Part shown: in pieces, positions 26,493 to 34,998 of the stretch
Layout: every line of letters begins with the position of its first letter
Position numbering within the stretch: the first letter of the stretch is position 1
Origin: Gaiellales bacterium
Lineage (GTDB): Bacteria > Actinomycetota > Thermoleophilia > Gaiellales > JAICJC01
Reading direction: 5' to 3'
NCBI GenBank assembly: GCA_036403155.1
Contig: DASWRM010000030.1
Span: 67,527-131,526 of the forward strand
DNA: 64,000 nucleotides
Position numbers and translations under genes: made by a program
Notes under the pieces: model-generated
Seen by the model: only the letters and a program-made list of their open reading frames with translations
What the model was told of the DNA's origin: nothing
The model's database searches: none

Positions 26493-27089
26493 ATGTCCAG
26501 AGCTCAGCAGTCGGCCGCGCCGCCGGCGGGCCTCGTCCACGTCCCCGACCTGCTCACACCCGAGCAGCACGACGACGCGGTCGCCGGTCTCGAGCGGCTC
26601 GAGATGCACGAGCTGCGGATGCGCGGACAGCTCGCCCGCCGCACGGTCCGCCACTTCGGCTGGGACTACGGCTACGACTCATGGACGCTCGTCCCGGCGG
26701 AGCCGCTGCCGGGCTTCCTCGAGCCGCTCCGCGCGGCCGCGGCCGCGGTGGCGGGGCTCGACCAGGCCGCGCTCGAGCAGGCGCTGGTGACGTCGTATCC
26801 GCCCGGCGCCACCATCGGGTGGCACCGCGACGCTCCGATGTTCGGCACGGTCGCCGGCATCTCGCTGCTGGCGGCATGCCGCATGCGCTTCCAGCGTGGC
26901 ACCGGCCCCGACCGCGAGGTGTACGAGATCGCGCTCGAGCCGCGATCGGGATACGTCCTTGCGGGCGAGGCGCGGACGCGCTGGCAGCACAGCATCCCGG
27001 CGGTCAAGGAGCCGCGCTGGTCGGTGACCTTCCGCACGCTCCGCAACCCCGGTCGCTGGCGGCGCGAGCTTCCCGCCGGCGGCGTGTGA
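26493..27089 (+). CDS. AlkB-like Fe(II)/2-oxoglutarate-dependent dioxygenase
   Basis: HxD (GWHRD), a distal His (RWQHSIP), and an RxSxTFR 2OG-binding motif (RWSVTFR), with the order and spacing seen in AlkB. About 198 aa. The ATG at 26493 was verified. Confidence 0.8.
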   Translation: MSRAQQSAAPPAGLVHVPDLLTPEQHDDAVAGLERLEMHELRMRGQLARRTVRHFGWDYGYDSWTLVPAEPLPGFLEPLRAAAAAVAGLDQAALEQALVTSYPPGATIGWHRDAPMFGTVAGISLLAACRMRFQRGTGPDREVYEIALEPRSGYVLAGEARTRWQHSIPAVKEPRWSVTFRTLRNPGRWRRELPAGGV

Positions 27090-27100
27090 GCGCACGGCCG

Positions 27101-27119
27101 GCCTTACACCTGCCTTACA
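27101..27119 (+). repeat. Direct repeat GCCTTACA-N3-GCCTTACA (11-bp register), 44 nt upstream of the phosphodiester glycosidase gene
   Basis: Read directly: gGCCTTACAcctGCCTTACAaa. One helical-turn phasing is typical of response-regulator direct-repeat sites. Confidence 0.3.
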
Positions 27120-27162
27120 AATCCCTCGCCCGGGTGGCGGGCGACCGCCCCTTCTGGACGAC

Positions 27163-28515
27163 ATGTTCCGTATGCGCATGGGTCCGCTCCGACGGCTGCT
27201 TGGTGGTGTGCTCGCGACGATCGCGGTGCTCGCGGCCGTGCCTGCCGGTGCGGCCGCGTCCGGCCCGATCCAGTCCGGCCTCGGCACCCCCACGTCCGTG
27301 CGCACGCTCAGGCCGGGCGTCACTCTGACCGTCTACACGGTCAAGCTGCTCGACGCCGGGGTTCTCCGGACGGAGCACCTCTACAAGGTGGCGTGGACGA
27401 TCGGCAACGCCCATGTCCAGCTGCGCTCGGCGCTCATGGGCGCGACGTACAGCGACGACTCGTCAATCCGCCTCAATCGCATCTCGAGCTGGTGGGCTGC
27501 GACCGGAAACGACACGTCGATGACGGCGGCGATCAACGGCGACTTCTTCGCAGACTCGTGGCAGCACAACGGCGCCGGCATCCCCAGCGGCCTGCTGGTG
27601 CGCGGGCGGACGATCCACAGCTTCGGCTGGGGCGGCCCCGCGGTGGGATATCGGCCCGCCGGCGACATGGTGATGGGCAGGCCGACCGTGTACCCGACCG
27701 CGATCTCGCTGCCCGGCGGCAAGAGCGCGACGATCGGGGCGTTCAACTCCCTGTCGGCGAACGGCGTGACCATCCACTCCGACCAGGTGGCGGCATACGT
27801 CAACTCCGGGGCGGCGGTCACGGTGCCCAGCGGCTACGCCGGCTACGTCGTCCCGTCCACGATCCTTCGCGGCACCCTGCGGGGCACCCGCGGCGGCTAC
27901 TCGTTCGCCAGTGGAGCGAACGTGAAGGAGACCGTGACCGGGTTCCGCTTCGCCGTTCCCGGGATGACACACGGCACCGCGTCGATGCCCACGAGCCAGC
28001 CGGCCGCCTGCCCGACCGGCACCTGCGCCGCCGGCGTCTCCGTGACCGTGCCGTCCAACGGCGTGGTGCTCCTGGCCAAGGCGGGCGGCGTCGCCGCCGC
28101 CGGCCTCTCCGCGCGTGCCGCGACCAGCTCCCCGCTCAACGTGGCGACCGATCCGGCGGCGTGGGCGCAGGTGGACGACGTGATGGGCGGAAAGCCGCAG
28201 CTCGTCTCCGGCGGCAGCCCGATCATGCAGCGCCCCTCCTACGTCGACTCCTGGCAGTGGGACAACTCGCACTGGCGGCCGGCCGTGGTTCGCGCGTCGA
28301 ACGGCCAGGGCTGGCTGCTGGTCGTGGGCGGCAGCAACGGCGTCGGCGTCAAGGGGCTGACCTTCGCCAAGATGCTCGTCCAGCTGGGCGCCAAGGACGC
28401 GATGGGATTCGACAACAACTCGTCGACGGAGCTGTTCCGGCGGGGGGCGACCCCGATCACGGCCTACGGGTACGAGCGGGACATCCCGAGCGCCACGTAC
28501 CTCGCCTACAACTGA
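27163..28515 (+). CDS. Secreted phosphodiester glycosidase family protein (NAGPA/DUF2233-like)
   Basis: Signal peptide (LLGGVLATIAVLAAVPAGAAAS). Also AINGDFF..., GGKPQLV, and the C-terminal DAMGFDNNSSTELF typical of the family. This is recognition by eye only. Confidence 0.7.
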   Translation: MFRMRMGPLRRLLGGVLATIAVLAAVPAGAAASGPIQSGLGTPTSVRTLRPGVTLTVYTVKLLDAGVLRTEHLYKVAWTIGNAHVQLRSALMGATYSDDSSIRLNRISSWWAATGNDTSMTAAINGDFFADSWQHNGAGIPSGLLVRGRTIHSFGWGGPAVGYRPAGDMVMGRPTVYPTAISLPGGKSATIGAFNSLSANGVTIHSDQVAAYVNSGAAVTVPSGYAGYVVPSTILRGTLRGTRGGYSFASGANVKETVTGFRFAVPGMTHGTASMPTSQPAACPTGTCAAGVSVTVPSNGVVLLAKAGGVAAAGLSARAATSSPLNVATDPAAWAQVDDVMGGKPQLVSGGSPIMQRPSYVDSWQWDNSHWRPAVVRASNGQGWLLVVGGSNGVGVKGLTFAKMLVQLGAKDAMGFDNNSSTELFRRGATPITAYGYERDIPSATYLAYN

Positions 28516-28564
28516 AGCTCGCGGCGCGCCGGGGTGGCGAGGGGGATCATCTACAGTTGGCGGC

Positions 28565-29329
28565 GTGACCACCGAGCCGCAACCCGTGGGCTGGGGACGT
28601 GCGGTGTTCGTGAGTGCCGCGCTGCTGGCGCTGCTGCTGGTGATCGAGGTGCTGGCCGCGGTGCCGCTGCTGGAGAAGCACATCTCGCTGGCGGCCGGGG
28701 TCATCTCGGCGGTGGTCGTCGCCGGGTCGGTCGCTCTGCTGCTCCCGCTCTGCTTCGAGCTGGCCTTCGCGAACCGCCTCCGTGACCCGGCTTCGCTGGG
28801 CGCGGCGCGTCCGGTGCGCTGGATCTCCGGCATCGCGATCTTCCTGCCGGTCGCATACGTCGCGCTCCTGGCCGCGAGCGCCCTCACGGACCTGCTGAAC
28901 CTTCCCGGGGACAACGAGATCCCGAGCGGCGGATCGTCAGCCGGCTACAAGATCGCGCTGTTCACCCTTGCGGTGGTCGTCGCGCCGTGGACGGAGGAGA
29001 CGATGATCCGGGGCTTTCTCTTCTCCGGGCTCGACCGGCGGTTCGGGTTCTGGCCGGCGGCGGTCGCGTCGGGCGCGGTCTGGGCGAGCATCCACCTGGT
29101 GTGGGGCGTGCTGATCATCTTCACCGCCGAGGGCGTGGTGCTCGCGTGGCTGCGCGCGCGCACCGGCTCCATCCTTCCCGGCGTCGGCATCCACGGGGTC
29201 TGGAACACGATTGCGGCGGCGGCCACGGGTGGCGGGTGGTTTCCCCTGCCCTTGCTCGCGCTGTTGCTCGCGACGGTGATCCTGGCCGCCCGGCGGCTTC
29301 CGCCCGCGCCCGTCCGGGTGACGGCGTGA
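28565..29329 (+). CDS. CPBP family intramembrane glutamic endopeptidase (CAAX protease/Abi type)
   Basis: Polytopic membrane protein with motif 1 EExxxR (WTEETMIRGFLF), motif 2 (ASIHLVWG) and motif 3 HxxxN (GIHGVWNT). Confidence 0.8.
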   Translation: MTTEPQPVGWGRAVFVSAALLALLLVIEVLAAVPLLEKHISLAAGVISAVVVAGSVALLLPLCFELAFANRLRDPASLGAARPVRWISGIAIFLPVAYVALLAASALTDLLNLPGDNEIPSGGSSAGYKIALFTLAVVVAPWTEETMIRGFLFSGLDRRFGFWPAAVASGAVWASIHLVWGVLIIFTAEGVVLAWLRARTGSILPGVGIHGVWNTIAAAATGGGWFPLPLLALLLATVILAARRLPPAPVRVTA

Positions 29330-30153
29330 GCGCCTCGCTCACGGAGCGGTTCCCGCCGCCCGCCATCATGGGGGTCATCAACGTGACCCCGGACTCGTTT
29401 TCGGACGGGGGCGACCACCTGCGGCCCGAGGCGGCCATCGCGTACGGGCTGGAGCTGGAGCGCGCGGGGGCCGACATCATCGACATCGGCGGAGAGTCGA
29501 CCCGCCCCGGCGCCGATCCGGTCACCCTCGACCGCGAGCTGGCCCGCGTGATCCCGGTGATCGAGGGGCTGCGCGAGCGCAGCGGTGTGCCGATCTCGAT
29601 CGACACGATGAAGTCGGAGGTGGCCCGGCGCGCCCTTGCCGCGGGCGCCGACTTCGTCAACGACGTGACCGCGCTGCGCCATGACCCGGCGATGGCGGGC
29701 GTGATCGCGGAGGCCGGGGTCCCCGTCTGCCTGATGCACATGCAGGGCACGCCGCGCACGATGCAGGACAACCCCCAGTACGCGGACGTGGTCGCGGAGG
29801 TGTCGGAGTTCCTGGTCGCGCGCGCCGCGTACGCCGAGGCGGAGGGCATCGAGCCCACGCTGATCTGCATCGACCCCGGGATCGGGTTCGGCAAGACGAT
29901 CGAGCACAACCTCACCCTGCTGCGGGATCTCGAGCGGATCGGCGGGCTGGGGTACCCGGTGCTGGTGGCGCTCTCCCGCAAGCGGTTCCTCGGCCAGATC
30001 ACCGGCCAGGCGGAGAAGCAGCGGGTCGCCGGCACGGTGGCCGCGAACCTCGAGGCCTACCGGCGGGGCGGGTGGATGTTCCGCGTGCACGACGTCGGCC
30101 CCAACCGCGAGGCGCTGCTGGTTGCCGCCGCCGTCGCGCGGGGGCGGCCGTGA
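29326..30153 (+). CDS. folP: Dihydropteroate synthase
   Basis: IMGVINVTPDSFSDGG, DIIDIGGESTRPGA, SIDT, NDV, DPGIGFGK. The GTG at 29326 overlaps the CPBP stop as GTGA. Confidence 0.92.
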   Translation: MSASLTERFPPPAIMGVINVTPDSFSDGGDHLRPEAAIAYGLELERAGADIIDIGGESTRPGADPVTLDRELARVIPVIEGLRERSGVPISIDTMKSEVARRALAAGADFVNDVTALRHDPAMAGVIAEAGVPVCLMHMQGTPRTMQDNPQYADVVAEVSEFLVARAAYAEAEGIEPTLICIDPGIGFGKTIEHNLTLLRDLERIGGLGYPVLVALSRKRFLGQITGQAEKQRVAGTVAANLEAYRRGGWMFRVHDVGPNREALLVAAAVARGRP

Positions 30154-30515
30154 ACGGCCCCGTGATCGAGATCGCGGGGCTCGAGGTGTTCGCGCACCAC
30201 GGGGTGCACGACTTCGAGCGGCGCGACGGCCAGCCGTTCCTGTTCGACGTCCGGCTGGTGGGGCCGCCGGAGGCCGAGCTCAGCGACCGGCTCGAGGACA
30301 CGCTCGACTACGGCGCGGTGAGCGACCGGGTCGTGGAGCTGGCGACCGGCGGCCCGTACAACGTGCTCGAGCGGCTGGCGGCGGTGATCGCAGACGACCT
30401 GCTCGCGCGCTTCCCCGCGTCGGCGGTGACCGTGACGGTGCACAAGCCGAAGGCGCCGATCGGACACCCCTTCAGCGACGTTCGCGTCACGGTGCACCGG
30501 TCGCGCGATGAGTGA
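30150..30515 (+). CDS. folB: Dihydroneopterin aldolase
   Basis: IEIAGLEVFAHHGVHDFERRDGQPFLFDV...DTLDYGAV...VTVTVHKPKAP; about 121 aa. The GTG at 30150 overlaps the folP stop as GTGA. Confidence 0.88.
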   Translation: MNGPVIEIAGLEVFAHHGVHDFERRDGQPFLFDVRLVGPPEAELSDRLEDTLDYGAVSDRVVELATGGPYNVLERLAAVIADDLLARFPASAVTVTVHKPKAPIGHPFSDVRVTVHRSRDE

Positions 30516-30637
30516 TCGCACGTCGGCGAACGCCTGACCGGACGCAGGCCCGGTTGCCGTTCGCGGCACGCGGGCGGCACGAGCCGGTGAGGTGGGTGGC
30601 CTTTCCCCACCCACCCGGCGCCCGTATAACAGTGGAT

Positions 30638-31288
30638 ATGGAGCAACTGCGCGTTGTCGTCGTCGACGATCATCCGATCTACCGCCGCGGGCTGGTCGGC
30701 GTGCTCGAATCGGGCGGCCTCGCCGTCGTCGGCGTGGCGGAGGGGGTGGAGGAGGCGCTCGCGGTGGTCGATGCGACGCTCCCCGATGCCGTTCTCAGCG
30801 ACCTCTATCTGACCGACGGCAGCGGCATCGCGCTGGTGCGGCGCCTGGCCGCGCGCCATCCCGGGATCCGGGTGGTCGTGCTCACCGTCTCGCACGACCC
30901 CAACGAGATGCTCGCGGCCGTCCGCGCGGGCGCCGACGGCTTTCTCTGCAAGGATCAGGCGCCCGACCGGCTGGTGCGCGCCCTGGCCGGCGTGTTCGAC
31001 GGCGAGGCGGCGCTCTCACGGGCGATGGCCGGCCACCTCGTTCGCGACGTGCGCGAGGGGCAGAGGCGCATCGCGCTCGCTTCCCACTTCCCCCATCGAG
31101 AGCGGCTGACGCCCCGACAGCTCGAGATCCTGCAGCTGATCGCCGCCGGCAACAGCACGTCCGAGATCGCGGCCCACCTGTGCCTGTCGCCGGAGACCGT
31201 CCGCTGGCACGTCAAGTCGATCCTGCGCAAGCTGCGCGCGAAGAACCGAGCCGAGGCAGCGGCGACGCTGCGCGAGATCGCCGTCTAG
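30638..31288 (+). CDS. NarL/FixJ (LuxR-type HTH) family response regulator, with no adjacent histidine kinase
   Basis: The receiver domain has the acidic pair (VVVDDH), the phospho-acceptor Asp (VLSDLYL), Thr (VVLT) and Lys (FLCK). The C-terminus is a LuxR HTH (LTPRQLEILQLIAAGNSTSEIAAHLCLSPETVRWHVKSILRKL). The ATG at 30638 was verified. Confidence 0.88.
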   Translation: MEQLRVVVVDDHPIYRRGLVGVLESGGLAVVGVAEGVEEALAVVDATLPDAVLSDLYLTDGSGIALVRRLAARHPGIRVVVLTVSHDPNEMLAAVRAGADGFLCKDQAPDRLVRALAGVFDGEAALSRAMAGHLVRDVREGQRRIALASHFPHRERLTPRQLEILQLIAAGNSTSEIAAHLCLSPETVRWHVKSILRKLRAKNRAEAAATLREIAV

Positions 31289-31600
31289 CTAGCGGCGGCC
31301 GGTCATGGCCAGCTCGGCCGCGTTGCGCATCGTCCACAGGGTGACGACGGCGCAGTACGTGATCGTCGTGCAGGCGAGGGTGATGGCTGCCGCGCGACCT
31401 GTGGCGCCATGAAGCACCATGGCGATGCCGAGCAGGGCCGGGCGGAGCAGCACGAAGGCCACGAGACCGGTCACCCCGAGGTGAATCGCGGTGCGCCGCA
31501 GATCCCCGGGGCGCAGGCTTGGGTACCGTGCGTCGAACCACGCGGCCAATGCGGCAGGGCAGACGAGCAGCACGATGGTCAGTTCCATGAGGGTCGACAT
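31289..31600 (-). CDS. Small hypothetical membrane protein (about 3 TM segments)
   Basis: MSTLMELTIVLLVCPAALAAWF...LGVTGLVAFVLL...AAITLACTTITYCAVVTLW. The ATG at 31598-31600 is preceded by AAGGAAGG. It is convergent with, and directly abuts, the response regulator gene. Confidence 0.5.
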   Translation of the reverse strand: MSTLMELTIVLLVCPAALAAWFDARYPSLRPGDLRRTAIHLGVTGLVAFVLLRPALLGIAMVLHGATGRAAAITLACTTITYCAVVTLWTMRNAAELAMTGRR

Positions 31601-31695
31601 GGCACCTTCCTTGAAAGGATCTGGGAGCACCGGAGCCGCCAACGCAGGAAATCGACCCGGTTCCTCCTGCATCGGCCGATTGTGAGGAAAACATT

Positions 31696-32208
31696 ATGGA
31701 AATGTCATCAAGTCCACCCTTCCGGGGGAACCGGGCGTACGTCGGTCTGGGGAGCAACCTGGGCGATCCGGCCGAGACGCTGCGGGCCGCCACCGCGCGG
31801 CTGGCCGGCCTTGGCGCCGTCCTGGCTGCGTCGCCGGTGTACGAGACGGATCCCGTCGGGCTCGAGGATCAGCCGGCCTTCCTGAACGCGGTGGTGCTGA
31901 TCAGTACGACGCTGGCGCCGCTGGACCTGCTCGACCGGCTGCTCGCCATCGAAGCCGAGTTCCTGCGAGAGCGGACCGTGCGGTGGGGGCCGCGCACGCT
32001 CGACCTCGACCTGCTCTGGTACGAGGACGTCGAGATGGACACCGAGCGGCTGATGCTCCCGCACCCTCGGGCGCATGAGCGCGAGTTCGTGCTGCGGCCG
32101 CTGGCCGACATCGCGCCCGATCTCCAGCTGGGTGGCTCCACCGTGCACGCCCTGCTCCACGCGCTGCCCGGGCAGGGGGTTCGCAGCACCGCGCTGGCGC
32201 TTCGCTGA
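31696..32208 (+). CDS. folK: 2-amino-4-hydroxy-6-hydroxymethyldihydropteridine diphosphokinase
   Basis: AYVGLGSNLGDP, PVYETDPVG..DQPAFLNAVV, WGPRTLDLDLL, LPHPRAHEREFVLRPL. Confidence 0.9.
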   Translation: MEMSSSPPFRGNRAYVGLGSNLGDPAETLRAATARLAGLGAVLAASPVYETDPVGLEDQPAFLNAVVLISTTLAPLDLLDRLLAIEAEFLRERTVRWGPRTLDLDLLWYEDVEMDTERLMLPHPRAHEREFVLRPLADIAPDLQLGGSTVHALLHALPGQGVRSTALALR

Positions 32209-32246
32209 GCTCGTGCAGGGGTGTCTCGAGGCGTAGACTTCACGCC

Positions 32247-32585
32247 ATGTCTCACATCGACGATCTCGAGGAATACGACGCCGAGCTCGAGCTGCGCCTG
32301 AAGCGCGAGTACGCCACCGTGTTCGGCCTGTTCAAGTACTGCGTGCTGACCGCCGAGGCGACGTACCTCTGCAACGAGTTCACGATCGAGCGCAACGACC
32401 AGGCCGCCTACCCGTTCGCCCGCCTGCTGATGACGGACGTGTGGGTGTGGGACAAGAGCCGGCCGACGCGGATCATCCCCCGCACCGAGGTGCACACGAC
32501 GCAGGACGTCACGATCGAGGAGCTGAAGACCGAGGACGACGTCGAGACGACGCTTCCCCGCGGCTTCGAGCTGACGGACGACTGA
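32247..32585 (+). CDS. DUF2469 family protein
   Basis: The pattern DDLEEYDAELELRLKREY...F.Y.V.T....YL.N ... DVWVWD..RP.R...V.T..DV.IEEL matches my recollection of actinobacterial DUF2469 (for example Rv2901c). Confidence 0.75.
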   Translation: MSHIDDLEEYDAELELRLKREYATVFGLFKYCVLTAEATYLCNEFTIERNDQAAYPFARLLMTDVWVWDKSRPTRIIPRTEVHTTQDVTIEELKTEDDVETTLPRGFELTDD

Positions 32586-32657
32586 CGTGACGACGCGTGC
32601 GCGGCGTGGTCCCCGATCGCCCAGGCCGCACGACGGCGCGGGGCCGATCATCTAGGC

Positions 32658-33431
32658 GTGCTGCTCGCGATCGACGTCGGCAACACCCAGACCGTCGTCG
32701 GGCTCTACGACGGCGACAGTCTGGCCGACCACTGGCGCATTGCCAGCGTCCGCTCACAGACCGCGGATGAGCTCGCCGTCGAGCTGCAGGGCCTGCTCGC
32801 CGTGCGTGGGCGCGGATTCGGCGACGTGTCGGCGACGGTCGCGTCGAGCGGCGTGCCGCAGCTGGCTGAGGCGCTGCGCCAGGCGGCCCGCGTGCACCTC
32901 GGCCATGAGGCGCTGCTGGTGGGGCCGGATGTGGACACCGGGCTTGAGCTGCGGGTCGACAACCCGTCCGAGGTGGGGCCGGACCGGGTCGCGAACTCGG
33001 TGGCGGCACTCGCCCTGCAGCCCGGTCCGCTGGTGGTCGTCGACTTCGGGACGGCGATCAACTTCGACGCCGTGTCCGCCGACGGCGCGTTCCTCGGCGG
33101 CGCCATCGCGCCTGGGCTGCAGGTCGCCGTGGAGGCGCTGGGCGACCGGGCCGCGCGGCTGTTTCAGATCGAGCTGCGGGCGCCCGAGCGGGCGATCGGG
33201 CGCACCACCGCGGAGAACATGCAGTCTGGGGCGATCTTCGGCTACGCGGGGCTCGTCGACGGGATCGTCAGGCGGTTCCGGGCCGAGCTCGGCGGTGAGG
33301 CGGCGGTGATTGCGACCGGTGGCCTGGCGGCCGTCGTCGCGCCGCACTGCGAGACGGTCGACCGCGTCGAGCCGTGGCTGACGCTCGAGGGGTTGCGGTT
33401 GATCTGGGAGCGCGCGGGCCGTCCGGCCTGA
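32658..33431 (+). CDS. coaX: Type III pantothenate kinase
   Basis: MLLAIDVGNTQTVVGLY, VVDFGTAINFD, GGAIAPG, ATGGLA. GTG start at 32658. Confidence 0.9.
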   Translation: MLLAIDVGNTQTVVGLYDGDSLADHWRIASVRSQTADELAVELQGLLAVRGRGFGDVSATVASSGVPQLAEALRQAARVHLGHEALLVGPDVDTGLELRVDNPSEVGPDRVANSVAALALQPGPLVVVDFGTAINFDAVSADGAFLGGAIAPGLQVAVEALGDRAARLFQIELRAPERAIGRTTAENMQSGAIFGYAGLVDGIVRRFRAELGGEAAVIATGGLAAVVAPHCETVDRVEPWLTLEGLRLIWERAGRPA

Positions 33432-33434
33432 AGC

Positions 33435-33824
33435 TCAGCCGGTCGCCACCATCTCGGCGTCGTTGCGGCCTTCCGAGGCCACGGTCGCCCCCACGGCGAT
33501 CAGCTCCGCGCCCTCCGGGCCCGCCTCGAAACGGCGGGTGGCGTGCGGCGCCACGCGCAGGGCGTCGAGCGACCGCAGCTCGACACGCTCGCCGTCGAGG
33601 TCGGCGACCGCCGTGCCGGACAGCACGACGTAGATCTCCTCCTGCGCGCCGTGGCGGTGTGCAAACGGCTGGGATGCTCCGGGCCGCATCCGGTAGAACG
33701 CGAGCCCGAGCTGCGACGCGTCGAGCGGCCGCGTCGCGAACCGCGCCTCGTGCACCTCGCCGAGCCCGAACTCCGGCGCGGAGTCCTTCACCTGCTCGAG
33801 GTTCACCCTGGTGTATCCGCTCAT
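33435..33824 (-). CDS. Cupin domain protein
   Basis: Cupin motifs: G(X)5HxH-like (PFAHRHGAQEEIYVVLSG) and a second motif (DALRVAPHATRRFEAG). It lies 6 nt downstream of dus on the same strand. Confidence 0.75.
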   Translation of the reverse strand: MSGYTRVNLEQVKDSAPEFGLGEVHEARFATRPLDASQLGLAFYRMRPGASQPFAHRHGAQEEIYVVLSGTAVADLDGERVELRSLDALRVAPHATRRFEAGPEGAELIAVGATVASEGRNDAEMVATG

Positions 33825-33830
33825 CGCCGG

Positions 33831-34898
33831 TCAGCCCCCTCCGTAGATCGAGATCGGCAGGTCGAGGGTACGGTCGCTCTCGGCGTCCGGCAGCAGCTCG
33901 AGCTCCCGCTCCGCCTCGGCCAGCAGCGGCATGGCCTCGGGGCACGCGTCGAGCAGCATCGCCTCGGCCAGCTCGACCGACGGCGCCTGTGTGACCGCCA
34001 CGCGCAGCTCCTTGGCGCCCTCCTGGCCGCGCAGGTACCAGCCGTAGAACTTGCGCAGGAACCCGACGGAGCGCTCCTCGCCCATCTCGCGCACAACCTC
34101 GCGCATGAACCGGACCAGCTCCGCGATCACCTCCCGGCGCTCCGGATCCCGCCGCTCGCCGTCGGCCATCTCACGCAACGTCCATGGGCGGCCCTGCGCG
34201 CCGCGGCCGACCATGACGGCCGCTGCGCCCGTCTCGTCCAGCACGCGCTCGGCGCCCGGGTGGTCGGTGATGTCGCCCGATGCCATCACCGGCACCGAGA
34301 CCCTGTCGACCAGCTCCGCGGTGAGCGTGTGGTCGGCCTGGCCGGTGTACATCTGCTGGGCGCTGCGGGGGTGGAGCGTCAGTGCCGCGACCCCCACCGC
34401 CTCCAGCTTGGGACCGAGGTCGAGCGCTGCGCGGGAGCCATTCCGCACGCCGCGGCGCATCTTCACGGTGACGGGCACGTCGACCGCGTCCACCACGGCG
34501 CCGGCGAGGCTGCACGCGAGGTCGTGATCCTCGAGCGCGCTTGCGCCCGCACCGGTCTTCGTGACCTTGCGCACGGGGCAGCCGAAGTTGATGTCGACGA
34601 TGTCGGCGCCCGCGTCGACGACCATGCGCGCCGCCTCGGCCATCCGCTCCGGCTCCGACCCGAAGATCTGCACCGCCAGCGGGTGCTCGTCGCGGGCGAT
34701 CCGCAGATAGCCGAGCGTGCGCTCGTTCCCGTACGAGAGCCCGCATGACGAGACCATCTCGCTGCAGACCAGGCCGGCGCCGAACCGCCGTCCCTGCCGC
34801 CGGAACGCCTGAACGGACACGCCGGCCATGGGCGCCAGCACGATGCGCGACGGGATCTCGACGTCGCGGATCCGCCACCGGGAGGAGAGCTCGGCCAT
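33831..34898 (-). CDS. dus: tRNA-dihydrouridine synthase
   Basis: LAPMAGVSVQAFR, QIFGSEP, DINFGCPVRKV (catalytic Cys), VTVKMRRG. Confidence 0.9.
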   Translation of the reverse strand: MAELSSRWRIRDVEIPSRIVLAPMAGVSVQAFRRQGRRFGAGLVCSEMVSSCGLSYGNERTLGYLRIARDEHPLAVQIFGSEPERMAEAARMVVDAGADIVDINFGCPVRKVTKTGAGASALEDHDLACSLAGAVVDAVDVPVTVKMRRGVRNGSRAALDLGPKLEAVGVAALTLHPRSAQQMYTGQADHTLTAELVDRVSVPVMASGDITDHPGAERVLDETGAAAVMVGRGAQGRPWTLREMADGERRDPERREVIAELVRFMREVVREMGEERSVGFLRKFYGWYLRGQEGAKELRVAVTQAPSVELAEAMLLDACPEAMPLLAEAERELELLPDAESDRTLDLPISIYGGG

Positions 34899-34948
34899 GC
34901 GGCGAAGGGTACCCGAGCCCGATGGTCGTGCCGGTTGTCACGCAATGT

Positions 34949-34978
34949 TTGACGGGATATCGCGGCGACGGGTAGAAT
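34949..34978 (+). promoter_or_regulatory. Putative sigma-70-type promoter for greA (TTGACG-N18-TAGAAT)
   Basis: Read directly from the dus-greA divergent spacer. This is the best consensus match I saw in the window. It implies a leader of about 120 nt. Confidence 0.45.
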
Positions 34979-34998
34979 CCGGCGTTCCGCGGTGTCGG

